From: a virus
Virus record (IMG/VR): IMGVR_UViG_3300043409_002246
Span: 1 to 64,000 of that record
Length of the DNA: 64,000 bases
Strand: one strand, 5' to 3'
Under the pieces are notes generated by a model. That model did no database searches. It had not been told where the DNA came from and was given only the letters and a program-made list of their open reading frames with translations. Below, piece after piece: positions 36,251 through 45,318 of this stretch (within the stretch, counting starts at the first letter, position 1; every line of letters starts with the position of its first letter). A program made the position numbers and the translations under genes.

Positions 36251-36279
36251 TTGACAGATGGGTCAAAATGACCCATCTT
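36251..36279 (+). promoter_or_regulatory. Promoter TTGACA-N17-CATCTT overlapped by a perfect 10-bp inverted repeat
   Basis: AGATGGGTCA-AAA-TGACCCATCT at 36256-36278. Confidence 0.75.
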
Positions 36280-36299
36280 AAGTGGTAGAGCAAAACATT

Positions 36300-36635
36300 A
36301 TGAAAACACCGATTGATCTTGGCCAGAAGTCCGAAACCGAAACCGGGCCGGTGCCCGTGAGTATGCCGGAGTCGCCCGGAAAAGAGTGTTGCCACTATCC
36401 CTGCCTCTACATTGACGGCGGGCCCGAACTGGCCGACCTGCCGGCCTCTGGCGTCATGGAGATCGCGTTCAAGCGAAACTCCTGCACCGTAACCGACCGC
36501 GACGGCAAAAAGACTACCAGCGTGTCGGTTGACGTGCTGAAGATTCTCGAAGTGGAAGCCGACGCGAGCCTCGGCGAGGAAGCTGAAGATACCGACGACG
36601 TGCTCGACAAACTGGCGGCTGAATCTGAGGATTGA
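36300..36635 (+). CDS. Acidic hypothetical protein
   Basis: D/E-rich tail. Confidence 0.65.
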   Translation: MKTPIDLGQKSETETGPVPVSMPESPGKECCHYPCLYIDGGPELADLPASGVMEIAFKRNSCTVTDRDGKKTTSVSVDVLKILEVEADASLGEEAEDTDDVLDKLAAESED

Positions 36636-37591
36636 TGATGGAAACACGACTGATTGACATCCTGCCGGAGGTCCAGAAGATCGTCGGCAACAGCAACGAA
36701 AGCTTTCTCCTGCGCCGGGTGACGGACGTGGTGGAGTTGCTCGCCAACAAGGGCGACTTCGATGCGTTGCTCGGCACGCTCGACATCTGCGTGTCCAGTC
36801 GGATCGTAACCCTGCCCCCGGAGGTCGAAGTGATCCTCGGGTGCAACATGGTTGGCACGCCGGCAATGGCGCGCGACAACCTTTTTGAATTTCACCTGAA
36901 CGGCCCGGGCTCGTGCGGGGCCGCGATTCGTTACGAATGGATGGACATGGGGGACACCTGCACTTACCGCGAACTCGCCTGCCCCGGGCGGCTTTACGGT
37001 TACTGCTACGAAACTGCCGACGAGCAATGCGAGATGTGGGCGGAGGGCCTCGACACGAACGGCAACACCATCCGCACGGAAGTCTCGGAGGGAAACTGGC
37101 GCGACGGATACAAAATCCCCGTGTTCAAGACGTATCACGCCGCCGATGCTGACGCTCCAATTTTTGCACGCATCACCCGGATTCGCAAACCGCTTACCGC
37201 TGGTCCCTTGCGAGTGACGACTATCGCTGGCGAAGGGACGGACGAGATTCTTCTCGGGGTTTACCAGTCTTACGAGACGTTGCCGAAGTATCGCCGAATC
37301 AAGCTTTCGACGGAGGTTGATTGGGTCCGCATTTACTACCGGAAGCGGAACCTTGAGGTCCGCAGCCGCTACGACATCCTCCCCCTCGCGCCCGCGCAGG
37401 CTATCATCATGGGCCTCCGGGCGCTCAAAGCCTACGACAGCCCCGGCGGATTCGCGGAAGGCGAAGCGTTCGAGGCAACGGCGGTGCGCTGGATCACGGA
37501 AGACCAGATGACCCGGCGACCGAACGCGGTTCACCCGGTTCAGGTGTCCGATGCGAGCCCGCTGCTCGACTCATTCGACTCGATGGATTAA
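36635..37591 (+). CDS. Probable head-tail adaptor / tail tubular protein A
   Basis: Helical ends and position just before the nozzle-like gene. Confidence 0.5.
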   Translation: MMETRLIDILPEVQKIVGNSNESFLLRRVTDVVELLANKGDFDALLGTLDICVSSRIVTLPPEVEVILGCNMVGTPAMARDNLFEFHLNGPGSCGAAIRYEWMDMGDTCTYRELACPGRLYGYCYETADEQCEMWAEGLDTNGNTIRTEVSEGNWRDGYKIPVFKTYHAADADAPIFARITRIRKPLTAGPLRVTTIAGEGTDEILLGVYQSYETLPKYRRIKLSTEVDWVRIYYRKRNLEVRSRYDILPLAPAQAIIMGLRALKAYDSPGGFAEGEAFEATAVRWITEDQMTRRPNAVHPVQVSDASPLLDSFDSMD

Positions 37592-37595
37592 CGAC

Positions 37596-39566
37596 ATGGC
37601 TATCGGCAATTTGAAAGACGGCGACCTGCGCTTCACGCGAGGGATGGACTCGATTAGCGATCCCATTACCCTCGGGGCGGAGTCATACACCTTTGCCGTG
37701 AACATGCTCAATCGCGGCGGCGCGATGCAGACCCGGCCCGGGCTGGTTCCGCGTGTTCTCCTTCCTAAAGGGAAGCTTCAAGGGCTTTCTGTCTTCCAGC
37801 CGAGGCGGGGAGTTCCGACGCTCGTGTCGTTCGTGGACGGCGTGGCGCACGCGACCAATTTCCCATACCGCGACTACCGGGTTGTCGGCGGCGCGACCAT
37901 GTCGCCGGTTGCGGACAAGGTTTTCACGGCCTCAACCACGAAAGCGGTCGAGCGCAACTTCGACAACTCGATCAAGCTCGTTGCGCCTTACTCGGTCCTG
38001 ATGGTTCAGGACGGACTGAGCGCGGCGGCATATTTCGACGGTCGCATCATGGCGCGTCCGACTGGCGATTATCGGACCCCGATGGGGACGAGCATGGCTT
38101 GGGCCGGCGCCCGGCTTTGGGTTGCCCGTCGGGAGAAGCTTTTTGCCTCCGACATCGCGGACCCGCTATCGTTCTATGAGCAGGCTTTCAACACGCTCGG
38201 CGGGCTGAGTTACTTTTTGCTCCCCGGCGCCTGCACCGGCCTCTCGCCGATTCCCGGGACGAACACGGCGGTAAAGACCCCGCTGATTGCCTTCACCAAC
38301 GACACAACGACCATGTTCCTCGCGAACATTCTCAGCCGCGACTTGTGGGCGACGACTCCAGACTTCCAAAGCCCGATGTTCGACTCGCTCGGGTGTGTGG
38401 CCCCGCGTAGCATCGTGGCGCTGAACGGGATGTTGTGGTGGTTCTCCGCTTTCGGCCAGACGCGCCTCGACGCCGCCGCTGCGTCGTATGTGTCAACCAA
38501 GATTGACTATCTGGACCGGGAGATGGCGCGGAGCGCGAAGAGTTTGTCCGGCAATCTGTCCGGCATCGCGTGTGCCGGCTTCGAGAACTTCATGCTGTCA
38601 AGCGTGCCGTTCGCGAGCAAGAAAAATGTCCATACTTGGGTTTACGACGCGAACACGATCAAGACGCTCAACGAGGAATTTCCGGCGGCTTGGGCGAGCA
38701 TCTGGACGGGCATCAACCCGGTCCAGTGGGTGTCCGTCCGCACGGACGGCAACGCGCGACTGTTCTGCGTGTCCGCCGACGCCGACGGCAACAACCGAAT
38801 TTACGAAGCCTTCACCGGCGAGCGCCGCGACGGCGGCTGCGACATCCCTTGGCGCTTCGAGAGCCGGGCCTACTCTGCCGGCGGGAGCAACCGGAAGCAT
38901 TTCCGCTTCATGGAATACGCGCTCTCGGAGATCGAGGGGCAGGTTGACATCAACATCTCGTGGGCCGGCGCGAACCGGGGCCGGTGGAAGTCCATCGCGA
39001 CGCCGACGTTCAACGCCCAAGAGGGCAACATTGACGCGACCCGGACCTACGAAGCTGACGACCAGATTTACGGACTGAAGAAACAGTCGCGCCACGCGCG
39101 CACGCAGGACGTTCGCGACATGGCTGAAGACAGCTTGACCTCCGCCGGGGTGGAGGGCGACATCTACCTTGTGGAAGTCGAGAAAGAACCGGTTGACACC
39201 GCTTTTCAAGTCGCCTTCGAGGGCTCGGGCCCTTGCGCGATCCGCGCGCTGCGCCTGTTCATGGACGCGGAGAAGGACCCGGACGGCGGGATGCAGGATA
39301 ATCTGGAAAGCGATGACCATTTTGTCAGGGTTGATGGCGGGGCGGCTAAAAGCGAAGTTGACCTGCGCGTTGATCCCGAGAGCTTTACCGCAACGGCGAC
39401 GGAAACCGCGATCATCGGGAACCTGTCGGCCACGGGCACCGCGACCATCGTGAGCACGATCAGCCAGTCGGATGCGGACAAGCGGGCCAGCCAAGTCGCG
39501 CGCCAGCGCGCGGAGAATCGCGTCCGCCGGGACAGCGAGCCTTACGTCGGGGGTAGCCTAGTATGA
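37596..39566 (+). CDS. Probable tail nozzle / tail tubular protein B (P22 gp10/T7 gp12-like)
   Basis: NMLNRGGAMQTRPG, RLWVA...LFASD, GCVAPRSIV; beta-propeller-like. Confidence 0.65.
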   Translation: MAIGNLKDGDLRFTRGMDSISDPITLGAESYTFAVNMLNRGGAMQTRPGLVPRVLLPKGKLQGLSVFQPRRGVPTLVSFVDGVAHATNFPYRDYRVVGGATMSPVADKVFTASTTKAVERNFDNSIKLVAPYSVLMVQDGLSAAAYFDGRIMARPTGDYRTPMGTSMAWAGARLWVARREKLFASDIADPLSFYEQAFNTLGGLSYFLLPGACTGLSPIPGTNTAVKTPLIAFTNDTTTMFLANILSRDLWATTPDFQSPMFDSLGCVAPRSIVALNGMLWWFSAFGQTRLDAAAASYVSTKIDYLDREMARSAKSLSGNLSGIACAGFENFMLSSVPFASKKNVHTWVYDANTIKTLNEEFPAAWASIWTGINPVQWVSVRTDGNARLFCVSADADGNNRIYEAFTGERRDGGCDIPWRFESRAYSAGGSNRKHFRFMEYALSEIEGQVDINISWAGANRGRWKSIATPTFNAQEGNIDATRTYEADDQIYGLKKQSRHARTQDVRDMAEDSLTSAGVEGDIYLVEVEKEPVDTAFQVAFEGSGPCAIRALRLFMDAEKDPDGGMQDNLESDDHFVRVDGGAAKSEVDLRVDPESFTATATETAIIGNLSATGTATIVSTISQSDADKRASQVARQRAENRVRRDSEPYVGGSLV

Positions 39567-40612
39567 ACCCCTTCATCCAAGTTTTTGAAGTCCGCGAGCC
39601 CTTCGGCGCACTCTACGTGTTGCCGCCGCTCGACGTGTTGAGCGACGCGGGCGATTGTGTGTTGCCGGCCACGCCGCAGTTGACGAGCGTTTACCCCGGC
39701 TCGGTCGGCTGGTTCGTGGTTCCCGGCGCAGTCAGTTACAAGGTCGAACGCAACCTCGGCGGCACGGGCTACTCCGAAATCGGAACGGTTGAGCAACCGA
39801 CCGATCCCGAAATTACGGAACTCGTTTTTCACTCTACCTCGGTTCAGCACTTCGCTTATTACCGGGTGATCGCGGTCAACGCGTGCGGCGACAGCGCGCC
39901 GTCGGCGCCGATGGACCTGCACATTGAAGCGCAGCAAGGCTCCGGCGACTCGTCCTGCACCTTGTGGGCGGATTCCGCGTCTTCAGCTTCGTCTTCGGCA
40001 CCAGTGGATGAATCGTCCGCTCCGCGCGTTTACGACAACGACATTCTATATTTGATCGCCGGGGCTACTGAGGAACTTTGGCCCGGGCCAGTCACGGAAG
40101 GGCACAGCGAGGGCATCTGGCTCGAAGCGCGCTGCTACAACTCGCCGACCTTTGACACTTTCACTTGCAGCCCCGGGCTACTCACGCTGATTGACTTCTC
40201 CGGCAACACAGTGCTCGGCGGGCTCTCGGCGGAGAACAACTTTTTGACGAGCTTGGACTTGACGGGCAACACGGCGCTTACGGTCGTCGGGCTCGACGGA
40301 AATGATTTGACCTCCCTCGACATCTCGGGGTTGACCATCCTCAGTTCGTTGTCCGTGACTGACAATGTGGGTTTGACGGACATCACCATGACCGGCGTGG
40401 AGCATGTCTCGACGTTCGCGGGCGGCGGTTGCGCGTTCACCGAGGCCGCAGTTGACAAGATTCTCGCCGCCGCCGTCGCGGGCGCGTTAATCAGCGGGAC
40501 CATCACCCTTGACGGCGGGACCAGCGCGCCTCCTTCGGCGGCGGGCCTCGCGTCCATCGCGGACCTGACGAACGGCGTCACTAAGTTCTGGACGATCTAC
40601 GTGAACTCTTGA
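39563..40612 (+). CDS. FN3 plus leucine-rich-repeat virion protein
   Basis: YYRVIAVNACGDS; LTSLDLTGNTAL/LTSLDISGL repeats. Confidence 0.7.
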   Translation: MNPFIQVFEVREPFGALYVLPPLDVLSDAGDCVLPATPQLTSVYPGSVGWFVVPGAVSYKVERNLGGTGYSEIGTVEQPTDPEITELVFHSTSVQHFAYYRVIAVNACGDSAPSAPMDLHIEAQQGSGDSSCTLWADSASSASSSAPVDESSAPRVYDNDILYLIAGATEELWPGPVTEGHSEGIWLEARCYNSPTFDTFTCSPGLLTLIDFSGNTVLGGLSAENNFLTSLDLTGNTALTVVGLDGNDLTSLDISGLTILSSLSVTDNVGLTDITMTGVEHVSTFAGGGCAFTEAAVDKILAAAVAGALISGTITLDGGTSAPPSAAGLASIADLTNGVTKFWTIYVNS

Positions 40613-40615
40613 TTT

Positions 40616-41554
40616 ATGGCATACACCGTTACCTTTGCACCGTTGCCGACCAACTTCCGGGGAACCCCGCAGGAGTTGCTTGAAGCTTTCCTTGACCGCA
40701 TGGAGATTACCTCCGACGTGGTCGGGTTTGTCACCAGCGACTCCGCGCCGACCGCGAACGACGGCGTCTGGCTGAAGAACGGCCAGCAGATTTGGGTTTG
40801 GGACGAAGAAGTCGAGGGCGGAACGTATGTCCCGCTCGACGTGTCTGCGTCAACGCGGAACGAAATCTGGATTGGCCCGGGCACCCTTGACCCGGTGACT
40901 CCGGATACCTCGCTCTACTCGATCTGGCTGAAAATCGTTGACTCAGCAGTTGAAGGACTTTTTTACTGGAACGGCACCGCGTGGGTTTCCCAGCCGGTCG
41001 TAATTGGAGCCGGCGCGATCACTACGGACATGCTCGCCGACAACAGCGTTACTACCAACAAGATCAAGAACGGCGCCGTCACGAACATCAAGCTGGCCGG
41101 CAACATCCCTATGAGCAAGTGGGAGAAGGGCCCTGCGAACTACTACGTCAGAATGAGCACGGGCGGGACGGAAGCGCAGTGGCGCGCAGCGGATGAATTG
41201 GACGCGTTCATCGAAGAGTCGGAGTTGATTGACATAACCCCCTACACCGGGGGGGTGGTTGGAGACTACTATCCCGCGCTGTCGGTAGCTCATACCTTGG
41301 GCGTTACCCCCAAGTATGTTCAGTTTGTCATCCGCTGTAAGACGGCGGAAAAGGGCTATCTTGTCGGTGATGAAGTTTCGATTCCGCTTCAGACGTGGTC
41401 GAATGCTACTGAGCTAAAGGTGTTCATCCCCGAGAACTATACCTTTCCGATTGTCTATGACTCCAACCTCGGAGCCGGGGAGAAATGGGATGCTACCGGC
41501 ATCACCCTGTCCAAGTGGGAAGGAAAGTTTTACTACGCCAAAGGCATCGCATGA
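40616..41554 (+). CDS. Tail fibre/spike-like protein (paralogue A)
   Basis: AITTDMLADNSVTTNKIKNGAVTNIKL 10-aa repeats. Confidence 0.65.
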   Translation: MAYTVTFAPLPTNFRGTPQELLEAFLDRMEITSDVVGFVTSDSAPTANDGVWLKNGQQIWVWDEEVEGGTYVPLDVSASTRNEIWIGPGTLDPVTPDTSLYSIWLKIVDSAVEGLFYWNGTAWVSQPVVIGAGAITTDMLADNSVTTNKIKNGAVTNIKLAGNIPMSKWEKGPANYYVRMSTGGTEAQWRAADELDAFIEESELIDITPYTGGVVGDYYPALSVAHTLGVTPKYVQFVIRCKTAEKGYLVGDEVSIPLQTWSNATELKVFIPENYTFPIVYDSNLGAGEKWDATGITLSKWEGKFYYAKGIA

Positions 41555-42441
41555 TTACGATTACCGCCGCACCGATTCCGACTGACTTCCGGGGCACTCC
41601 GCAGGAGTTGCTGAACGCATTTCTTGACCGGGTGGAGATTACCTCCGACACCGTTGGCTTTGTCGTCACGGACGAGCAGCCGACCGCGAACGACGGCGTC
41701 TGGCTGAAGAACGGAACGCAAATTTGGGTATGGGACGAGGACACTTCTACCTACGTCCCGCTCGACGTTTCCGCGTCAACCTCCGACGAGATTCATGTCG
41801 GCGCCACGGCGCCAGACGAAGCGGAGTTTCAAATCTGGCTGAAGGTCGTTTCGTCGGCGGTTGTTGGCCTGTTCTACTACATGGGGACCGAGCTCGGCTG
41901 GGTTGCCCAAGAAGTCGGCGTGGCCGACGGCTCGATCACGACGGCCAAGCTCGGCGACCTGAGCGTTACCACGAACAAGATCGCAAACGGCGCGGTCACG
42001 GCGGTCAAGCTCGGCGACAACATCCCTATGAGCAAGTGGGAAATCGGCGATCCACGCGCTTTCCTGCGGATGAACGCCGCCGGCACTGCCGCCGATTGGG
42101 AGACTCCTTTTTCGGTCACTACGGAACAAGTGGTCGCGATCAACTCGATTGTCGAAGTGGCTCACCTACTCGATGCAACTCCACATAGCGTGGAGTGCGT
42201 CATGGTGCTGAAGGAAGCTGACGGAAGCTCGTGGGAAGTGGGCGACGAAGTGAAGATTGAAATGTTCCGTTGGGATTCTGGCGGAGCCGATGACGAGATC
42301 ACGTATTCGTCTTTCAAGAACGAAACTACCGTGGGCTGTGTGTTTCGCGGAAACATCTTTGTTTGGGATAGGGCGACCTCGGGGAATTATCAGATTGACC
42401 CCCTGAACTGGCGGGTCAAGTTTTACATAACGAGCAGTTGA
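41551..42441 (+). CDS. Tail fibre/spike-like protein (paralogue B)
   Basis: N-terminal ~60% closely similar to paralogue A; C-domain divergent. Confidence 0.65.
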   Translation: MITITAAPIPTDFRGTPQELLNAFLDRVEITSDTVGFVVTDEQPTANDGVWLKNGTQIWVWDEDTSTYVPLDVSASTSDEIHVGATAPDEAEFQIWLKVVSSAVVGLFYYMGTELGWVAQEVGVADGSITTAKLGDLSVTTNKIANGAVTAVKLGDNIPMSKWEIGDPRAFLRMNAAGTAADWETPFSVTTEQVVAINSIVEVAHLLDATPHSVECVMVLKEADGSSWEVGDEVKIEMFRWDSGGADDEITYSSFKNETTVGCVFRGNIFVWDRATSGNYQIDPLNWRVKFYITSS

Positions 42442-42466
42442 CCAAAGGGTGAAAAACAGGCATCTT
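42438..42466 (+). promoter_or_regulatory. Promoter TTGACC-N17-CATCTT
   Basis: Repeated motif; the -35 contains the upstream TGA. Confidence 0.7.
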
Positions 42467-42475
42467 AAGTGAGGG

Positions 42476-42967
42476 ATGAACGATCTTGTAATCACGACGC
42501 CAAACGGTTCCGCGTTAGCGGTGCCGGATCGCATGTCGCGGGCGGAGGTCGTGGCCTTCGGGCGGGCGAGCGAGAATTACATGGCCATCGCGAAGCTCAC
42601 GCGGCAGATGCGCGCGGAGGTTCCGCTAAAGGACCAGCCGGAGTGCCCGGTCACGCATACTTTCAATGGGAAGATGTATATTCGCGAGTGCCGGGTGCCG
42701 AAGGGCTCGCGGGTGATTTCCCGGATTCACCGGACACGGCACCTGTTCGTGCTCTCGCAGGGAGCGGCGGTCGTGTGGACGGAACACGCTGGGGTGGAGA
42801 TTCTGGTCGCGCCGCATATCGGCATAACTCCCCCGGGGACGCTTCGGGTTTTGCAGGCATTGGAAGACACGGTCTGGACGACTTTTCACAACACGGAAAA
42901 GACCAGCGTGGCGGAGGTCATGGACGAGATCGTCATTGACCCCGAGGAATTACTTTTGGAGAACTGA
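42476..42967 (+). CDS. Cupin (double-stranded beta-helix) fold protein
   Basis: THTF..MYIRE..VP.GS.VISRIH.T.H.FVLSQG...TPPGT.R...ALEDTVWTTFH. Confidence 0.7.
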   Translation: MNDLVITTPNGSALAVPDRMSRAEVVAFGRASENYMAIAKLTRQMRAEVPLKDQPECPVTHTFNGKMYIRECRVPKGSRVISRIHRTRHLFVLSQGAAVVWTEHAGVEILVAPHIGITPPGTLRVLQALEDTVWTTFHNTEKTSVAEVMDEIVIDPEELLLEN

Positions 42968-42970
42968 ACT

Positions 42971-43909
42971 ATGTCAATTATCGCCATCGCAGTCGTCGGA
43001 ACAGTCGCCGCCGTCGGAGCCGCCGCCGCTAAAGGAGCCGCCGCCAACAAAGCCGCCAAGGCCATGCAGAAGGGTTGGAACGCGACCGAGCCGCTTGATC
43101 TTGACGAGATGCAGGAAGTCGGCAAAGCCGCCGACCTGCAAAAGTATCAGGACCAGTTCGCGGCCCAGCGCAAATACGATCCAGTGCTCGGGGCGATGCG
43201 CTCACAGGGCTCGGAGAATTTTCTGGCGCAACTGCAATACGACAAAACCGGGCAGGGCGTCGGCGACAAGGCGACGCGCGAAGTGTCGAAACTGATTGAA
43301 GATGCGAAGGCCGGGCAGCAGAGCGCGATTGATACTTTGATGACGAAGGCGCAGGAAGAACTCGACGCGGGTGCAACGTTGCCCCCGGAGTTTCAAGCGG
43401 AACTCGTCAAGGCCGGCCTCGAAGGCGCCGGCACGGGCGGTCTAGGAATTGAAGGTCGCGGAGCATCTGGAACCGGAGTCCGCACCTTGCTTGGCTCGGC
43501 TGGCTTGCAGTTGAAACAGCAGCGCGAGAAGAATGCCATCGGCATGTTCGGCGCGGCGGACGACATCCGCGCGGGACGCATGAAGGCGCTCGCGGGGGTA
43601 GCGGAGCTTGACAATAACGTCCGAAGCGGCAAGTTCGCCCGGGCCGGCGGGGCAATCGGCGTCGGCAACGCGGCCATGCCGTCGGTTGGTATGAGCGGCG
43701 CGACCGCGATGGCGTTGACGAGTGCAAACAACGATTTTGAGAACACGCGCAAGCTCGGCAAGGCCGGGGTTGAAGCGGCCCGGCTGAAAGCGCAAGGCGA
43801 CATGTGGGCGAGCATCATCGGCAGCGTGGGCTCCGGCATGACCGGCGCGGTGGGCGGGAGCTACGGCGGGATTATGACCAAGGCCGCTTACGACCGCCAA
43901 GGGGCATAA
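42971..43909 (+). CDS. Probable DNA ejection / internal virion protein
   Basis: G/A-rich hydrophobic termini typical of pilot proteins; position. Confidence 0.6.
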   Translation: MSIIAIAVVGTVAAVGAAAAKGAAANKAAKAMQKGWNATEPLDLDEMQEVGKAADLQKYQDQFAAQRKYDPVLGAMRSQGSENFLAQLQYDKTGQGVGDKATREVSKLIEDAKAGQQSAIDTLMTKAQEELDAGATLPPEFQAELVKAGLEGAGTGGLGIEGRGASGTGVRTLLGSAGLQLKQQREKNAIGMFGAADDIRAGRMKALAGVAELDNNVRSGKFARAGGAIGVGNAAMPSVGMSGATAMALTSANNDFENTRKLGKAGVEAARLKAQGDMWASIIGSVGSGMTGAVGGSYGGIMTKAAYDRQGA

Positions 43910-43924
43910 CAGACACCAGAATTT

Positions 43925-45280
43925 ATGAGCGAATCACTACCGTCCAGTCGGAGCGAGGTCCAGTTCAACGTCCCGGTCAACCGGCTGCAACAGCCGGACA
44001 TGCCGGTGCTGACGGGCATGGCTGACGCTTTTCAACGCGGCGCGCTCGACGTGCAGACTCTTTTCAAGTCGGCCTCGATGGGGAGCGACCTCAAACGGCA
44101 GAAGGCGGAAGACGAAGTGCGCGTGACGAAAGCCAAGAGCGAGCTTGAGTCTGCCCCGGCTGAACAGGCAGTCCGGATTGCTAAACTAGAGTCGGAGCTT
44201 GCCGACATAAAGAACAAGGAGTTGAATCGGCCCAAAGTAGAGGCTTTCAAGTCGGCGGAGGCGGACATCGCGATTGCAAACCAGACGGCTAGAAAGCTGG
44301 CGGCGGCTAATTTCAGTAACGGCGTAGAGCCAGATGCCCTGACGTTAGTTCAAGCTTGGGAGTCAAACTTCAAGAACGAGGCCATCCCCTACCGCGCCGA
44401 GCAGGGTCAGCGGGAATTTCTCGACTACAATAAGATGCGGGAACGTCTTGCACCGATTCAAAAACGCGACGCCGAACAGGCGGCGCAGGGGCCCGCGTCC
44501 GCGCTGAATACCGCCAGCAACATCAAACAAGCTGCGGAAAGCGGGCGACCTCTATATCACGCGGACGGGAAGGCAAAGACTACCTTTGAATTGGACTCTG
44601 ACCGGGTCAAGGATTTCGCGGCTCTGCGGGATACCGGGACGCCCTTGACGGAGCGCCAAAAGATAGACCAGAGAGATGTTCTGGATCGCAACCTTCAGCT
44701 TCTCGCGGACATGGAGCAGGCTTCTACCATCATCGCAAAGGATACCGCGACCGGCCCGTTCATAGGGACCCTACCCGGTCAGGCGGCAGCATGGGCGCTG
44801 GCCGCGACGCGGATTGACCCGACCATTCGGGACGACCAAAAGAAATTGACGATGTTCGCCAACTGGAAGGTTGCGGAAGGGACCCAGCTTTTGAAGGGCG
44901 CCCTGTCTGAGAAGGAATTGAAGTTCATTGAGCAGACGGTCCCCGAGCTTTCTTCCAGCAAATTAGTGTGGGAACAATATCTGGCTCCGAGGATCAAGAT
45001 GCTCAAAGCCGCCAATGACCGAATGGTGCGGGGCGGTAAAGTCCCGGCGCCGGGCGAGGCAGATTTGACTGACGGTTTGGAGAGCCTACCGATGGCTACT
45101 CAACCTTCCTCCAATGTGGGAGTTCCCTCTTCCCGCCCGCCTTCGCCGATTCCAGACGGACAGCCGGGGTCAACCAAAGAGAACCCGGCTAAGGCTGCTT
45201 CCGCAGATGAATACGCGAAGCTCGCGCACGGGGCGTGGTATTGGAACGCCAAGCACAAAATGTCACTCCAAAAACCTTGA
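43925..45280 (+). CDS. Probable internal virion protein
   Basis: Helical; LKGALSEKELKF motif; C-terminal EYAKLAHGAWY element. Confidence 0.55.
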   Translation: MSESLPSSRSEVQFNVPVNRLQQPDMPVLTGMADAFQRGALDVQTLFKSASMGSDLKRQKAEDEVRVTKAKSELESAPAEQAVRIAKLESELADIKNKELNRPKVEAFKSAEADIAIANQTARKLAAANFSNGVEPDALTLVQAWESNFKNEAIPYRAEQGQREFLDYNKMRERLAPIQKRDAEQAAQGPASALNTASNIKQAAESGRPLYHADGKAKTTFELDSDRVKDFAALRDTGTPLTERQKIDQRDVLDRNLQLLADMEQASTIIAKDTATGPFIGTLPGQAAAWALAATRIDPTIRDDQKKLTMFANWKVAEGTQLLKGALSEKELKFIEQTVPELSSSKLVWEQYLAPRIKMLKAANDRMVRGGKVPAPGEADLTDGLESLPMATQPSSNVGVPSSRPPSPIPDGQPGSTKENPAKAASADEYAKLAHGAWYWNAKHKMSLQKP

Positions 45281-45309
45281 TTGACAAACGGGGTCAAACG
45301 GGGCATCTT
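45281..45309 (+). promoter_or_regulatory. Promoter TTGACA-N17-CATCTT, near-leaderless
   Basis: Spacer holds a tandem CAAACGGGG; ATG at 45319. Confidence 0.75.
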
Positions 45310-45318
45310 AATTCAGAC

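Noticed and set aside
45235-45318. ORF-track N-terminal extension of the giant protein
   Set aside because: Overlaps the upstream gene and the promoter; the ATG at 45319 fits the promoter.
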